Origin: Monocercomonoides exilis PA203
Taxonomy: Eukaryota > Protista > Preaxostyla
Assembly (NCBI GenBank): GCA_001643675.2
Contig: LSRY02000022.1
Span: forward strand, 620,001 to 684,000
Length of the DNA stretch: 64,000 nt
Direction: 5' to 3'
In this document: positions 39,675 through 52,218 of the stretch, one piece after another
Position numbering within the stretch: position 1 is the first letter of the stretch
Layout of the letters: each line of letters opens with the position of its first letter
Translations under genes and position numbers: made by a program
Notes under the pieces: model-generated
Told to the model about the DNA's origin: nothing
Databases searched by the model: none
Seen by the model: the letters and a program-made list of their open reading frames with translations, nothing else

Positions 39675-41175
39675 GTTTTCCGTCTTTGGATACCGGTGAA
39701 AAATAGTTAGATTGGTTTGAATCCACAGAAACTGCGTAATCCTGTCTTCTCAGCACACGCTCCACAGTCTTTTCGTTGTCGCATTTGAAATGTGTCTTTA
39801 TCAAGGCTGCGTTTAATCTCCTGCAATCCAGTATCTGCCTCCATGCTCCCTATTTCTTTCTGATCAAGAACACATTGTTTCTGTGCATCACATCTTCTGG
39901 CCTTATCTCCTCCACAATCCCTGTCTCTATCTGTTCATTTTGAAGATCTGAGACCGCTTTTCTTTGTTCTTCGTTTGAATGCACAGCTCCATCTCTGAAC
40001 GGCATATCCCTTAGCTTCATTCTCATGCGTTTGCTTTTCTACATCGCCTGCACACCCTGTCTGATCAACTTGGCACCACAAATTTTTTTCCAAGTTTCTA
40101 TGAAACACTAAGTTCTTCCTCCAATCGTTGTCCTGCTAATGGATCCTTTCCTCACTCCATCTTTTTTTTTTGTTGTTGACCCCAACTTTGGATGAAGTGT
40201 CTCCAGCTCGTTGTTGCCCAACCATCTCTCTGCCGCTTTCCTCCTCGTGCTGCCTGTTAGCGGGGTCCTCTCCGAAAAAACTGTGAGCCCCAGATCTTTC
40301 TTGAACTAGCGTTATATTTGCTTGGGAAAACCTGTGTTGTTGAGTTCCTTTCCACTTTTGTCCATAAGGAAATTATAGACATTCTGCTCGTTGGCTTCAC
40401 GTGGGTTGAGGATCTTTTCGTTAATCATGTCTCCTTCAGAATCTGTTCCGACAATTCTGTTAATAGTTCAGTTGCATTCTCTGATTTCAGATGCTCCACC
40501 ATCCTAAAACCAAATCTTCCTTGCAGCCTGGTTGCTCTCGCATCCTGCAAGAATTTTGCGTAAGAGGAAACTCATCAGCTCCCCTTTATGTGTTTTCCCG
40601 ATGAAGGTCTGAGTCCACCAAGTTCAGAAGCTGAGCCTTGAACACCTGATTCAAACACAGCTCTATTCTATATCCCGCAGAATCCAATGCATCATTAAAC
40701 CAATAAGAAGATTTTTGGAAGTGGGGAGGCGCTGGCCGCAATACTGGGCTCAGATCCTGAAGCGCATATTCTTGTTCAATACTTTGTAAAGAAAAGGCAG
40801 GAAGTTGTCGATAATAAATGGATTAATTTGATTCTTGACCGAAAATGTAATTTAAAAACCACTGCAGCTCTTTCATGCATATCTGAGTCTGTTTCTTCTT
40901 CTGTTCTTTTCTCTTCGGTTGCTCTAGCTGCTGTTTCTGGAAGACTTGATTGAGAAGTTACCGATGCAGAAGAAGGAATTGGTGGAAAAAGCGTTTGGAC
41001 CCAAAGCTGGCTTTGCATAACACCTGGCAGTGAGGCCGCTTAGGTTGCCGGTGTAAGTCCAGTGGTTTGCTGGTAAAACGATGATTGCATCATTGATCCG
41101 ATCATGGCGACTGCCCATCGATCGTTGTTCTCTATAAAAAGAGAAGGAATAGATTGAAGATTTTCTTGACAATAA
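39675..41175 (-). mobile_element. DIRS1-like retrotransposon remnant 3 (gag + start of RT)
   Basis: LQDARATRLQGRFGF (~40510-40550); IGGRTS; NNVFLIRK*GAWRQILDCRRLNAALIKTHFKCDNEKTVE; AVSVDSNQS. Truncated thereafter. Confidence 0.85.
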
Positions 41176-41418
41176 CGGAGCATATTTGTGATTTTTTCGA
41201 TATCATTTAATAAGATCAAAAATCAAAAAGAATAGATTTTTTTAGGCTGATGTTATCTGTTATTTTTTTGAAATAAAACAGTTAATTTGTTTTTATATAA
41301 TATTCCAAAATATCAAACAAAATTGCTTTTCAGTATTATATTTAAAAAATAACTATGTTTTCCTGAACATTTCTATATGATTTATTTTTTCAAAATAAAA
41401 AAGAACAAAAAAATATAT

Positions 41419-41658
41419 GGGTGATTATTTATGACATCATATTGTTTCAAACAAAAATTTCGGTACAAAGATATTTCAAGAATACAAATAAACAAAAATT
41501 GAAAAGTGAAAAGGCTTATTGAATGCATTTCAATTTTGGCTCGGAAAAACCATTTGTTTTTAAAACAATTATCATGCTTTTTCTCTTTTGAATTAAAAAT
41601 TTCTTTCTTTGAAAAATCTACACCCCGAAAAAATATATGATTTCAAAAATAAGCACAC
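41419..41658. mobile_element. MITE family B (240 bp)
   Basis: GGGTGATTATTT...TGATTTCAAAAATAAGCACAC, TSD ATAT/ATAT. Confidence 0.8.
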
Positions 41659-42064
41659 ATATTTTCAAATTCGAATTGTATGTTGAACCTTATGTAATAG
41701 TTATTTTTATTTTTCATTTGCTGCAACTTCTTTTTTTTAACATTAAAACATGATTTTAAAAAATTCATTTATGAAAAACAATATCTGCATTTATTTTTGT
41801 TTTATTAAATAGATAAAACGAATATTTCCACACACACATATAGTTTCAAAACAGCGAAATATTTTTTGAAGGAGATAAAAATATTTGAACAAGTTTTCCA
41901 TAAATATGTAGTTTATTGAAAAAATGAAAAAATCCCCTCAATGCATTCCATTTCTTTGCAAATGCACTCTGTTTCATTAATTTGCAATAAATGAAGAATT
42001 TTTTAAACCGCTGTGCACATGTTTTTTTTCTGAAGAGATATTTTTCCCTAACTATTAATTATTT

Positions 42065-42332
42065 TAGAGAAAATACTGACTTTCAAGCTTTTTACGCACA
42101 AAGCACGAAAAAAATGATTCATTCAAAACTTCATTCCTTTTTTTCAGATTTGAAAACAAATTGGTTTTTCATACCAAAATACAGGTATCATCGATATTAC
42201 AACTTAATGTTTAGTGACCTCGCACGTATATCTTTAAAAGAACCCATTTTATACATATTTTTTGATCACAAAGATAGCTTTAGAGGTGCATAAATTTTCA
42301 ATGAAAATGCTTGAAGAGAAAAACTTTGTCCC
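42065..42332. mobile_element. MITE family C copy
   Basis: GACTTTCAAGCTTTTT...GAAAATGCTTGAAG..TGTCCC, flanked by ATTT/ATTT. Confidence 0.7.
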
Positions 42333-42367
42333 ATTTTTAATTTTAATATTTGGAATAAAAATGTAAA

Positions 42368-42769
42368 GTTAGTGTTTAAAATGGTGGACACTTTCAATTA
42401 CTGTGGACATGGGAATTTTCTCAACAATTATTGATAGGTGCATTTCTATAAACAGCCCAATTATAAACTTTTTGAATTCGCACTTACATGACATACAGAA
42501 ATGAAACAACTTGCTTCAAAGAAATAAGAAATAAACATATTCTATTTTCAAAGAAACTGAGAGTATGTTATTTCTTCTAGTTTCTCTTAAAACAAAAAAA
42601 AAATTATAAAGAAATTACGATATGTCGGATAATGTTAAAAACAATTTTTATTTGTTTATATTCATTAGGGGAATTATAGGGCTAATTATCGAAGTGCACC
42701 AATCAATAATTATTGAGAAAATTCCCATGACCACAGAAATTGAAAGTGTCCACCTTTATAAACACTAAC
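42368..42769. mobile_element. MITE related to the pogo-like element (~95-bp TIRs)
   Basis: GTTAGTGTTTAAAATGGTGGACACTTTCAATTACTGTGG...CCACAGAAATTGAAAGTGTCCACCTTTATAAACACTAAC. Same core as the 15651/21966 TIRs. Confidence 0.85.
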
Positions 42770-43119
42770 AATATATTTCGTGAAAACAACAGGCTATTCT
42801 CACCGAAAAAAATACGATAGAATAATTAGGAATTGCAACAGCTTTCATTGCATCAATTATGAAATGTTTTTTTTCAGGTCGGAAGATATTCTCCATTTGA
42901 GAAAGTTTGAGAGCCATGGAAAAAAAATTATCAGTGCAATTTGCAGAAATCAAAAAACTTTGCAAAAATAAAAAGAGAAGTGTTTTTTAATGATATAAGA
43001 AAAAAACAACACTTTTGATATTGGTTAGAAACTTGTTTTAAATTGAAGGAGGAACAACAAATAATTCCAATAAGTATTGAAGAATCCACAAAAAAGAGGG
43101 AAAAACTGAGTCTTTGCAT

Positions 43120-43359
43120 GTGTAATTCTTTTTGAAAAGTCGCAAATGTTTCATTTCGAAATATATCAAAATCTTCATATTTTGCACGTATTTCTGTGGC
43201 AGCTCATGAATCTTCTAAAGTATTCATGAAATGGCATTATTGTGAAATAGATTTTATATTGGTGAAGGGCAGTGGATGCTAACAAAATTTTGAGTTAAAT
43301 ATGAAGATTTTGATTTATTTCGAAATGAAACATTTGCGACTTTTCAAAAAGAATAACCC
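43120..43359. mobile_element. MITE family A (240 bp)
   Basis: Long near-perfect TIRs TTCTTTTTGAAAAGTCGCAAATGTTTCATTTCGAAAT / reverse complement. Flanks GCAT/ACAT. Confidence 0.9.
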
Positions 43360-44029
43360 ACATAAAAAAAGGTTTGTGATCAAAACAAAAGTGCAAGAGA
43401 AGAGGGAAACAAATGTTATAGATAGTCCAATCATGAAAGATTAGCTGATGTTAATTTCATCATTATTTATTTCTCAAATGTTTTTAAACGAAAAAGAAGA
43501 AATTGATTATCAATTTTTCATACAACCATGCAAACGATCCATTTGCAAAATTTATTAAAGATTTGTTTTTTAAAAAAGTTGCAAAAGAATATAACTTTCT
43601 ATGAAAAAAAAACAGTTTAAGCGAACATAAGAAAAATTCAAACAAAATATTAAATTGAAAAAGGAAACTATTTTATTGATGTTTTCAAAAGATTTATCTT
43701 CCTGTTGAAATGATACAATGTGATTATTATTCTAATTCCAAAATCATATTTATCAATCAAAGATATTGTTTCAAAAGATAGTTTCGAAGAAATGTGTTTT
43801 GTTTTGGAAGATAAAAATTTCTAAATATCTCTTCAAAAGTCACAGAAATACTACTGAGGTTATGACTGAAATACAATAAGATGAGATTATTTGTGAATTT
43901 TTTAAAAAAATTGAAAATATTTTTAAAACTAATACAACTTCAGACAAACTTCTAAAAAAACAGCAATCCATTGTTTTTGTTGAAATCAATTATTTGTTAT
44001 GAAGAAAAATTAAACGTGCTGATAAGTGA

Positions 44030-46200
44030 TTTGGGATTATTTTCAACCCTGAACAACAGCATACTCAAAAAACACTTCCACAGGCTCTATCTCTTTGTTT
44101 ATAGTAAAAGCAACTTTAGAACAAAGAGTACGACGTCACTCAAGGAAAGGACAGAAGTGCAAAATATGTCTTGAAGCGCAACCAAGGAATAATCGAGCAG
44201 CCGCAACGACCTAAAATTCCGGAATGCAGGAAAGGTATTTTGTTTTTTTATTCTTTCAAAGTTCAAATCACAAAAAATTTTAGGGTTGACTGATGGAGAA
44301 TGGCAAATCGGAAATCAATGGATGATTGAACATTCATCTGAATTATCATTTATATTATCTTTCTTCCAAAAGAAAAAAACTTTTCATCGGAAGCCAAGTA
44401 TCGAGATGAATCTGAATGGAATGATCTGATTTGTCATGGAAGTGAAACCTCTGAGCAGAATTACGTTATTGAAAAAGTCCTGAAAGCTGCTGGAATAATA
44501 ACTGAATCCCTTCCAGAGTAAGATTAAAAATGCATTATTCATTCGATGGAGATGAATGAAAGAAAATAGTTTGATTTTCAATTTTTGTTTACAAATTTTA
44601 CTCTTCCCATTTCTTTTATCAGCAATAACGATTCCACAAAACAATCCAAGCTTTACTCTCAAAACCATACAATTACCAACCATAAAGATTTGAGTACTCA
44701 AAACAAAGCAAATTCACTGTTACAGACTTCTGGCGTTTAAAGGATATATCCACAAACAAGTGAAAAATATTTAATCCATAATTTCCAATGCAGCATTTCT
44801 TCTCCTACTCCTCTTGTTCCTCATACGTTTTGGTCCACTTTTCTTGAGACTAAAATGAGCAATCATCATGATATCGATATTCTAAAAAATCCGCAAAACA
44901 ATTCAAAATGTTGTTACTCAAGTTCAGGTCAAACATATAAATTATCTGAAAAACGAAATAGCTTATCAAATGAAGTCTTCCCATGCAATCAAAATCATTT
45001 AATAAGGGGAGATTTTAACATTTCTTTAGAGCAAATAACAGTGAACGAACAATTTCTATAATTGTCAGAGTCAAACCTTCAAAACAAGCATCATTCATCG
45101 AAAGGAGAAATGAATGAAGATTCTTCTCATTATTATCATTTTGATCAAATTGCAAAAAGAAAAGGTCTCGAAAATCTCGGAAATACCTGTTACTTTTCAT
45201 TATCACTTCAGTGTTTGTCTGCTTTAACAAGAATGGATTCCACAGTTTTTGACCATCTTCAAACGGCAAATCAAACTTTCTCTCAATTTACTTCACATCG
45301 CAAAGTCATTTCATACAAATGATTAATCATCTTTTCTCAGAAATCAAGACTTTATATTGAAAAGGGATAATTATTGCAATCAAGGTCATTTCAATCAGCA
45401 AAATGTGTCCGAAGAATATTTAAAAATGATTGACCTATTTTTCAAAGAAGGAAGCTCAAACATTGACACATTCACAATTCAAGTCTCACACAACGTGTAA
45501 TGCAATAACTGTGGATAGGTACACTCAAAGCAATACAACAATGATCGAGATATCATTATTCACAATAGCTCAGCAATTGAAGGTCTGAGGAAAGAATTTT
45601 CAAAAGAAAATTTTTAACAAACAATTACAAATTATTTTGAAAATAACGTTAAAGATTTGAAAACCCTAAAAAAAGAACAGAAATCATGAAATTTCCAACA
45701 GTATTGACCATCACTCATGAAATCAAAGATGATAATTTTTCAGTCCCTCCCTTAAGTTAAATATTCAGAATGGACAAGTATTCAAAAACAACTCATTGTG
45801 TTGAAGCAAATGATAAGCTTCATGAGTACGAACTCGTTAATGAAAGAGAATGCATATCATACGATCTGGATGGTCAAATTTAGTTAATGCAACTTGACAA
45901 TTCTAACGGTCATTATGTTTGCTTTTGGAGAATTTTTGACCATTATCGTGATAATTGGTTCATTTGTTATGACTCCAAAACAAACTAAAATTCACCATAC
46001 AAATTGAGTGAATTTTGGATACATTTTCATAATAAGAATTTCATGTCATCTTTCTTACCGCATCACAAAATACTAAACGATTTCAAAGAAACCATCATCA
46101 ACAATAATCGAAATAAGAACCAATGAGCGTCTTCCATATAATATTTCTCCTTCAACGTTTTCATACTCAGAACTTCCTGGAGTTATGTCATCCATAAAAT
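44030..46200 (+). pseudogene. USP-transposon copy 3 (N-terminal exons + USP; transposase absent)
   Basis: QPQRPKIPECRKG, intron 44235-44283, LTDGEWQIGNQWMIEH. KGLENLGNTCYFSLSLQC (~45160), QQNVSEEY, NGHYVC (~45905), WFICYD. Confidence 0.75.
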
Positions 46201-48629
46201 ATCGGACTTTATCCTTTTTTCGAAAACTTATCAAAAAATATATTTATTAATTAATAACATTAAACCGGTCTTGAAAAAAACGTTCAAGTCGAAAATTAGT
46301 GATTTTTTCCAAAAAATTGTGGAAAAATATTACATATTTCTCATCAAATATTGAGATGCTCAAAATCACACTTTTCTCAATCATGAGTTTTCACTGTTCT
46401 CTATTCACAGAAAAAAAGTCTTGTTCTTTTTATTTTTAATCACGAAAAAATATTAATTCAAATAGTTGATAAATAATTTTTTCAATTTTGAACTTTTTTG
46501 TTTTTATATTCTTTTTTTTTTTATCATAACTTTTTTCGTGGTAATGATTATTTTGAATTTTTTTGTCAGAGAGAACATGAATTTGTAATTGAAATGAGAA
46601 AATCATTTCATTTGTAACAAAAGCTAATATTTGATATCAAAGAAAGAGAAAAAGGTTGTAAATTGGAATAATTACTTTTTTGTGTTCATGAACTAAAATA
46701 AAAAATCAATTTTCAAATCGAATGTTTTTGACATAAAAAATATTAATCCTAATATAATAACCTATATATATTCAGCCCTGTGATAATGTGTGATGGAAAA
46801 TGAATGGAAAATATGCAAAAAAATGTTTTTTCACACAAAAATGTTGCTACAAATAATTGTGATTATATGTTGTCACATTTCCTTTATAGACTGCATGACA
46901 AATGATAATTAAAAAGCCAAAAAATTTAATAAATTAAACTAAATATGAAGTAGAATATTTTTGAAATCGATTTGTTTTTTTTGGAAAAAGAAAATGAATG
47001 ATTGTAAATATGGAAAAAATGGAGAGATGATATGCGAAGATGAATGGAATTAAAGTTGATGTTATTAGGATTGGTGATGTTTTTTTCATCTTTCTATTTC
47101 ATCTCCAGTTTTCAGTTCAAATTTTTTATATTATATTTCTTTGTAAAAAATATATTTTCATAAATTGACGTATTTATTTCACATTCGCAAATAAGTTAGT
47201 TCATGTGTTTCTGTGTTTTGGTTGTTAGTCAATGAAAAGTGCATCTTTCAATTTTTTTTCGAAATATCTTAAAATGATGAACATTTATGATTGATTAGTG
47301 AACGTTCACTTGATAAGCTCGCCAATGATCAATACGTCTTATAAATGCACTTTTCCAAATGCAAATCACCTTTCAATTGATGGATCATTTGAATCGGTAA
47401 TGTTATTGTTACAATGGGTTTTCCTCTTCAAAAAATCCATCAATTGTTTCAATGTCAATGTTTTGAAAGTTTGAAAAGTTCTGTTGAACATTGTTTGTGT
47501 GATTTCACCTGATAAATGAAGTTCTTGTTGTTGTTGAGTGCAAACTCACACGATATTTGAAAAAGTTTATCAAATCATTTTGCTTTGAAATATCCTAAAA
47601 TGATATGCAGTTTTTTATTGTGACCATCAAAACACTGAATTCTTCATTACATAAACTTTCCTCAAAATGTTCAACTTTAATGTTTTTTTCGCAAGAGTTG
47701 AAAACCAATGGAATTTCATTAGAAAAAAAAATTGAAGAACAAATTAATTTCTCGTATGAGGGACTGAATCATTATAAATTTGAATTATTGTTAAGTGTTA
47801 AAAACATATTGACAGAATGCAGATGAAAGGCCTTAAATTAAACATCGACTGCTGTTAATCAAACAAATAGAGGAAAATCTTTTCGGCTTTTCGTACACGT
47901 TTGACTTATTTATTACTATTTGAAATTTGAATTGTGAGACACATTTCATTTTAAAAAAGAATTCATTAGTAGCTGAACTTTTCTAATGGACAATTTCCCC
48001 TTCCATTTCACATCAAATAATCATTCTTATTCACTATTGAAAAAACAAAATACATATTCTTTTCACTTTTTCTTGTCACTTTGTATTCAACTTGTGCGTT
48101 TACAAAAATCAATTGAATGAATTAACTTATGTGTAAACAACTTCAAATGATTCGATTATAAATTATTTGTAACAGTTAACAGTTCTTTGATAATACAACA
48201 TTTGTGATTTCTTCGTATTGATTATGAAAAATGAGTAGCTTACTCCCTGAAATATTACTAAGAAGTCTGAATATGAGTTTCAGATGAAAATTGTCTCCAA
48301 AGGTGACATTTAGGAAATGAAATTAATCGCTTTTCGAATGGACAAAATATTTTTTGCTTTGACTTTGCAAAAAAGCTGATCTTGTTCCAAGTTGAAGCTG
48401 ATAGTTCTATTTCTTTGTTAGAAAATCTTGAATATCTCTGAATTGTGCCCTTAAACAAAACATTTGTAATTTTTGGATAGGAATGAAGAAATTATTGACT
48501 TGTTATAAATTTGCAACCTTCAACAATTGTTTTTTTATGAATCTTATTAATGAAGAAAGTCAATGAAGAGCAAAATCCTTGATTGTGCATACATTTCCAA
48601 GAGAGTTGCCAGTTTTGATTTGAAAACAT

Positions 48630-48888
48630 GGGTGATTATTTTTGAAATCATATTTTCTCGGTTAAAAATTTCGATTAATAAAAGATCCATTAAATATTAA
48701 CAAACGAACAATGAAAAGTAATCAGGCATTTTGAAAAGATCTTCGTCTTTTTTTTTTAGCTTTCACATTTGCTTTTTAAAACAGTCGTGATGAATTCAGC
48801 ATTTGAATTCAAAATCTCTTTAAAGTGATAAACAATCTTTGAAAAAACAACACCTCGAAAAAAATTATGATTTCAAAAATAATCACCC
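48630..48888. mobile_element. MITE family B (259 bp)
   Basis: GGGTGATTATTTTTGAAATCATA...TATGATTTCAAAAATAATCACCC, TSD ACAT/ACAT. Confidence 0.9.
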
Positions 48889-48892
48889 ACAT

Positions 48893-49950
48893 AGAAACAT
48901 GATTGTCATTGTAAATATACCATTAATTTTTGTTAAACATTTTTTCTTTCACTATTGCTATTAAATGCCCATGAGTTCCATCAATTCTTTTGTGATGCAC
49001 TTGACCAGAAATTACATCGTCATTTGGACACCTCCAAACTCATTATTGAAACAAAAAGTTGAGTTATTAAGTGATTCCACAAACGTTTTATTGTTGAAGA
49101 ATATGATAAGAAGTGCAAATTCTGAGGATAAGGACGGAAAGAAGTTGATGTGTTTTCGTGATCAATCGAAAATATGAATGGAAACTCTGAGAATTCTGTC
49201 CATCAACAAGCACGAGTATGTCTTTAACAAAGAAAGCAAAAAATTGTATTTTCGGATGTTAAATACTCCTTTCTAAAATTTTTGTTTAAGCCATCAATGA
49301 TTGATAAAAAATTTGACACTATTGAATTGCTGACTGATGTGACTTTTGATGTTATTGTGTGACATCTTTCGCTTTTTGTGAACTGATTCAACTTAATACT
49401 AAAATTTTGTTCATCAACATGCTTCTCATGAACCAGAATGAAGATAAGTTTGATATAAGAATCGAGAACACTTTGCTGTTGCCTTTTAGCTAATTCGCAA
49501 TGAAATTCCCACATATCGACAAATGATGGAGTCCAGGAGAATATTTTATTCTTATTATTTGTGTTCAGGTATTCGAAAATATCAAGGACACAAGAAAAAA
49601 AATTTGATCCATTTGAAGGTGCAGTTATCAGCGAAGGAGCAAATTTTATTATTGATGATAAGCATTGAATAAAAAAAGACAAGTGACATGTATTTCCACA
49701 ATTTTCAAGGCCGCTCCGTTTTAATTAATGATTTTTGTTCAAAGGATCATTGTAACAATGAGATAACTCCTTTGTCTTTTTTGTCATGCAGTTTTCTTTG
49801 AGTATTTCAAATTTATAAGCATTTTGTCTTCTCCTAATTCTTTCTATGTATTTATATTCTTCTGTTGATGAATTTTTTTTGGTAAATATTGTCCAATTTT
49901 TATGTGCAATGTTTATTGATTTAATTAAGTGAGTGTGATGTGCTAAAAAC
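48893..49950 (-). pseudogene. USP-domain copy 4
   Basis: SGLENCGNTCHLSFFIQCL (~49665-49715), SWTPS..WE..QQQSVLDSY, GQVHHKRIDGTHGHLIAIVK (~48950-49010), WYIYNDNHV (~48900). Confidence 0.75.
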
Positions 49951-50336
49951 AAAAATTAGATTGAGGGGAAATGAATTTTCGTTTTTTTCAATTAAAGATG
50001 AAATGTAATTGATTATCATTTAAATTATTCGTCACATTTGATGTGCAAATAATAGTTTCGCATCTTTCTTTTTTTCTATCTGATTCCTTTTTGCAACAAA
50101 AACAATTTCGAGGAATTGTTATTGGAGTTTGTTTAAGGCTTTCTAAAATCTATCAGATTATTGATTTATTCTTTTATTGTTTGGCTATAAATGTTAATTT
50201 TGAAATTAGATTTTTAGAATGGATTTAAATACAGCATTTTTTTTCTTTTTTCTTTTCATGGAAGTTTTTAAGCCAGAGTTGCTTTTTGACTAAATTTTAT
50301 TTTCACTTAATTTGTGAAAGAAAATTTATGATGTGT

Positions 50337-50579
50337 GGGTTATTTTTTGAAAAGTCGGAGATGTTCAATATCTGGTTTTTTTCATGAAATGCTCCTTGTT
50401 TGAACATTTATTTCCAGAAATCCATCGAATTTTTCCTCCATGCACTTATTGAAACATCAGATTTGTTTATGTATACTTATTTTCAAAATGATAAGGTTTG
50501 ATGGAATAATTAATAAATAATGTTCGTATTTATTAAACCCATATATCAAACATCTGCGATTTTTCAAAAAGAAGAACCC
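50337..50579. mobile_element. MITE family A variant (243 bp)
   Basis: GGGTTATTTTTTGAAAAGTCGGAGATGTT...AACATCTGCGATTTTTCAAAAAGAAGAACCC. Flanks GTGT/ACAT do not match. Confidence 0.8.
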
Positions 50580-52009
50580 ACATTTGTTTTTATAAAGTGG
50601 ACCACCGTGACTTGAAAAAAGAAAATAAAAACAATGACAAAATGACTGAGAAGTATTTGCAGATTTGTAAAAAATGTTATTTTTTTAATGTTTCCACAAT
50701 TTTCGATAATGAAAAAATATTATCAATAAATCAATATGAAACAATTCAAGATATTACGAATAATATATCAAATTTTCTATTTTGATAATAAAACACACAA
50801 CTACTATTTTTTTTGAATCAAAATGTTTGTTGAGGAATTATTTTGTCACATTTTGTAATTGACCATCAGTGACGGTCACTGACAAAAGTGAAAATGATAA
50901 ATATTTCAAATGCAACAAACTAATCTTTTTTTCACTGCTTTATGAAATCTTTGACAGTTTTTGCATTTATTTGTTTTATTTGTTTTTTATTCAATTTTTA
51001 TTTTTATTTTTATTTTTTTAATTTTTTATTTTTTAATTTTTTTTTTGTTACAGACAAATGAATTTTTAACTTGTTGTGCCATCGAGGTATTATTTTTTTT
51101 TATAAAGGAACAATAATTTATTTTTGTTCGCCTCAATCCCATTTCAAATTTCGATTTTTCTGTTGATCTTCAATTTTCATAAATGCTTTTTTGATATATC
51201 AAGATAATACTTACATGATGTTGAAGTGTGTCATGAGGTTATCTACAATTCCAGCAAATTCCTAAGTAATGAAAATTTATATATGATCATTGAGATCTTT
51301 TGAGAAACAGTTAATTATTTGTTGATCTGTTTGAAAAAATCCATAATGAATTTTTTTTGTGTGTGTTGGTTTTCAATATTTGATCTTGCAATATGGAAAA
51401 AATAAAAATGATTTCAAGGAGAAAAATGCTTGTTTATTCGAATTTGAGTTATTTTCGAAATGGAAAAAATATCAATGAAATGAAAAAAATACGTTAAAAA
51501 TTTGTAATCGTTCACCAATCAAAATGACATAAAAAACAAAAAGTACTTCATGATATTAATTATTAAAAAAATTGAAAACAGTTAGAAATTTTCTAATCAG
51601 ATTCAATAACTTTCAATAAAACAAAATTCTATCACTTAAGCATAAAACATTCACCAAATATCAACTAAATGTCAACAATTTTGAACAATAAAAGATATTA
51701 GAAAAATCAATACTATAACAACAAACTTGTGGTATCAAAGACAATTCCAAACAAAAAAGAAAACTTATACAAAAAGTTCAAAAACAAACTTGTCTATTTT
51801 CTCTCCGTTTTCCATCCACCCTCTCCTTTCTGATATTTCTCTAACTTTGACTCAAAAAGATTAAATTCAACAGAGAAAAAAGGCAGACACAGTGACAAAA
51901 CATCACTTCACACTCTCAGCTATTCTCCTTTCCAAAATTCTTATCCAAAAATCATTGAAACTATTCACAATACCCATCAAAAAATGAATCTCGATTAATA
52001 CAAATATAA

Positions 52010-52202
52010 GCGGGACTATTACCAAGTGAAAATCTGGACATCATAGGGATAGAAACAGTTAGAAAACAATCGGATTCTAACTGCTGTACACCTGGGAGGC
52101 TGTTCGTCGTATCCAGGTCCGGATAAAGCAGCCCAGAGGCTGCAGTATTAAATACGAACAGTCATGACCAGCACCCTTCCGATAGAGTGCCAGCTAAGCA
52201 TG
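52010..52202 (-). ncRNA. Candidate structured RNA element downstream of transposase (copy 2)
   Basis: Minus-strand stems: gctggcactct/agggtgctggt; gactgttcgt/acgaacagcc enclosing gcagcc/ggctgc and tatccg/tggata; then tcccagg and cagttagaa/ttctaactg. Confidence 0.5.
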
Positions 52203-52218
52203 CACAACAACTAGTTTC

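Noticed and set aside
52113-52133. CCAGGTCCGGATAAAGCAGCC resembles the SRP RNA helix-8 motif
   Set aside because: It lacks the GNRA loop and GGAA pairing, lies antisense to the element, and is absent from the homologous structure at 5861-6001.
52090-52170. SECIS, hammerhead, HDV or RNase P identity for the 3' structure
   Set aside because: AUGA is present in only one copy with no opposing GA. There is no CUGAUGA core, no consistent HDV P3/L3 register in both copies, and no RNase P CR-I motif.
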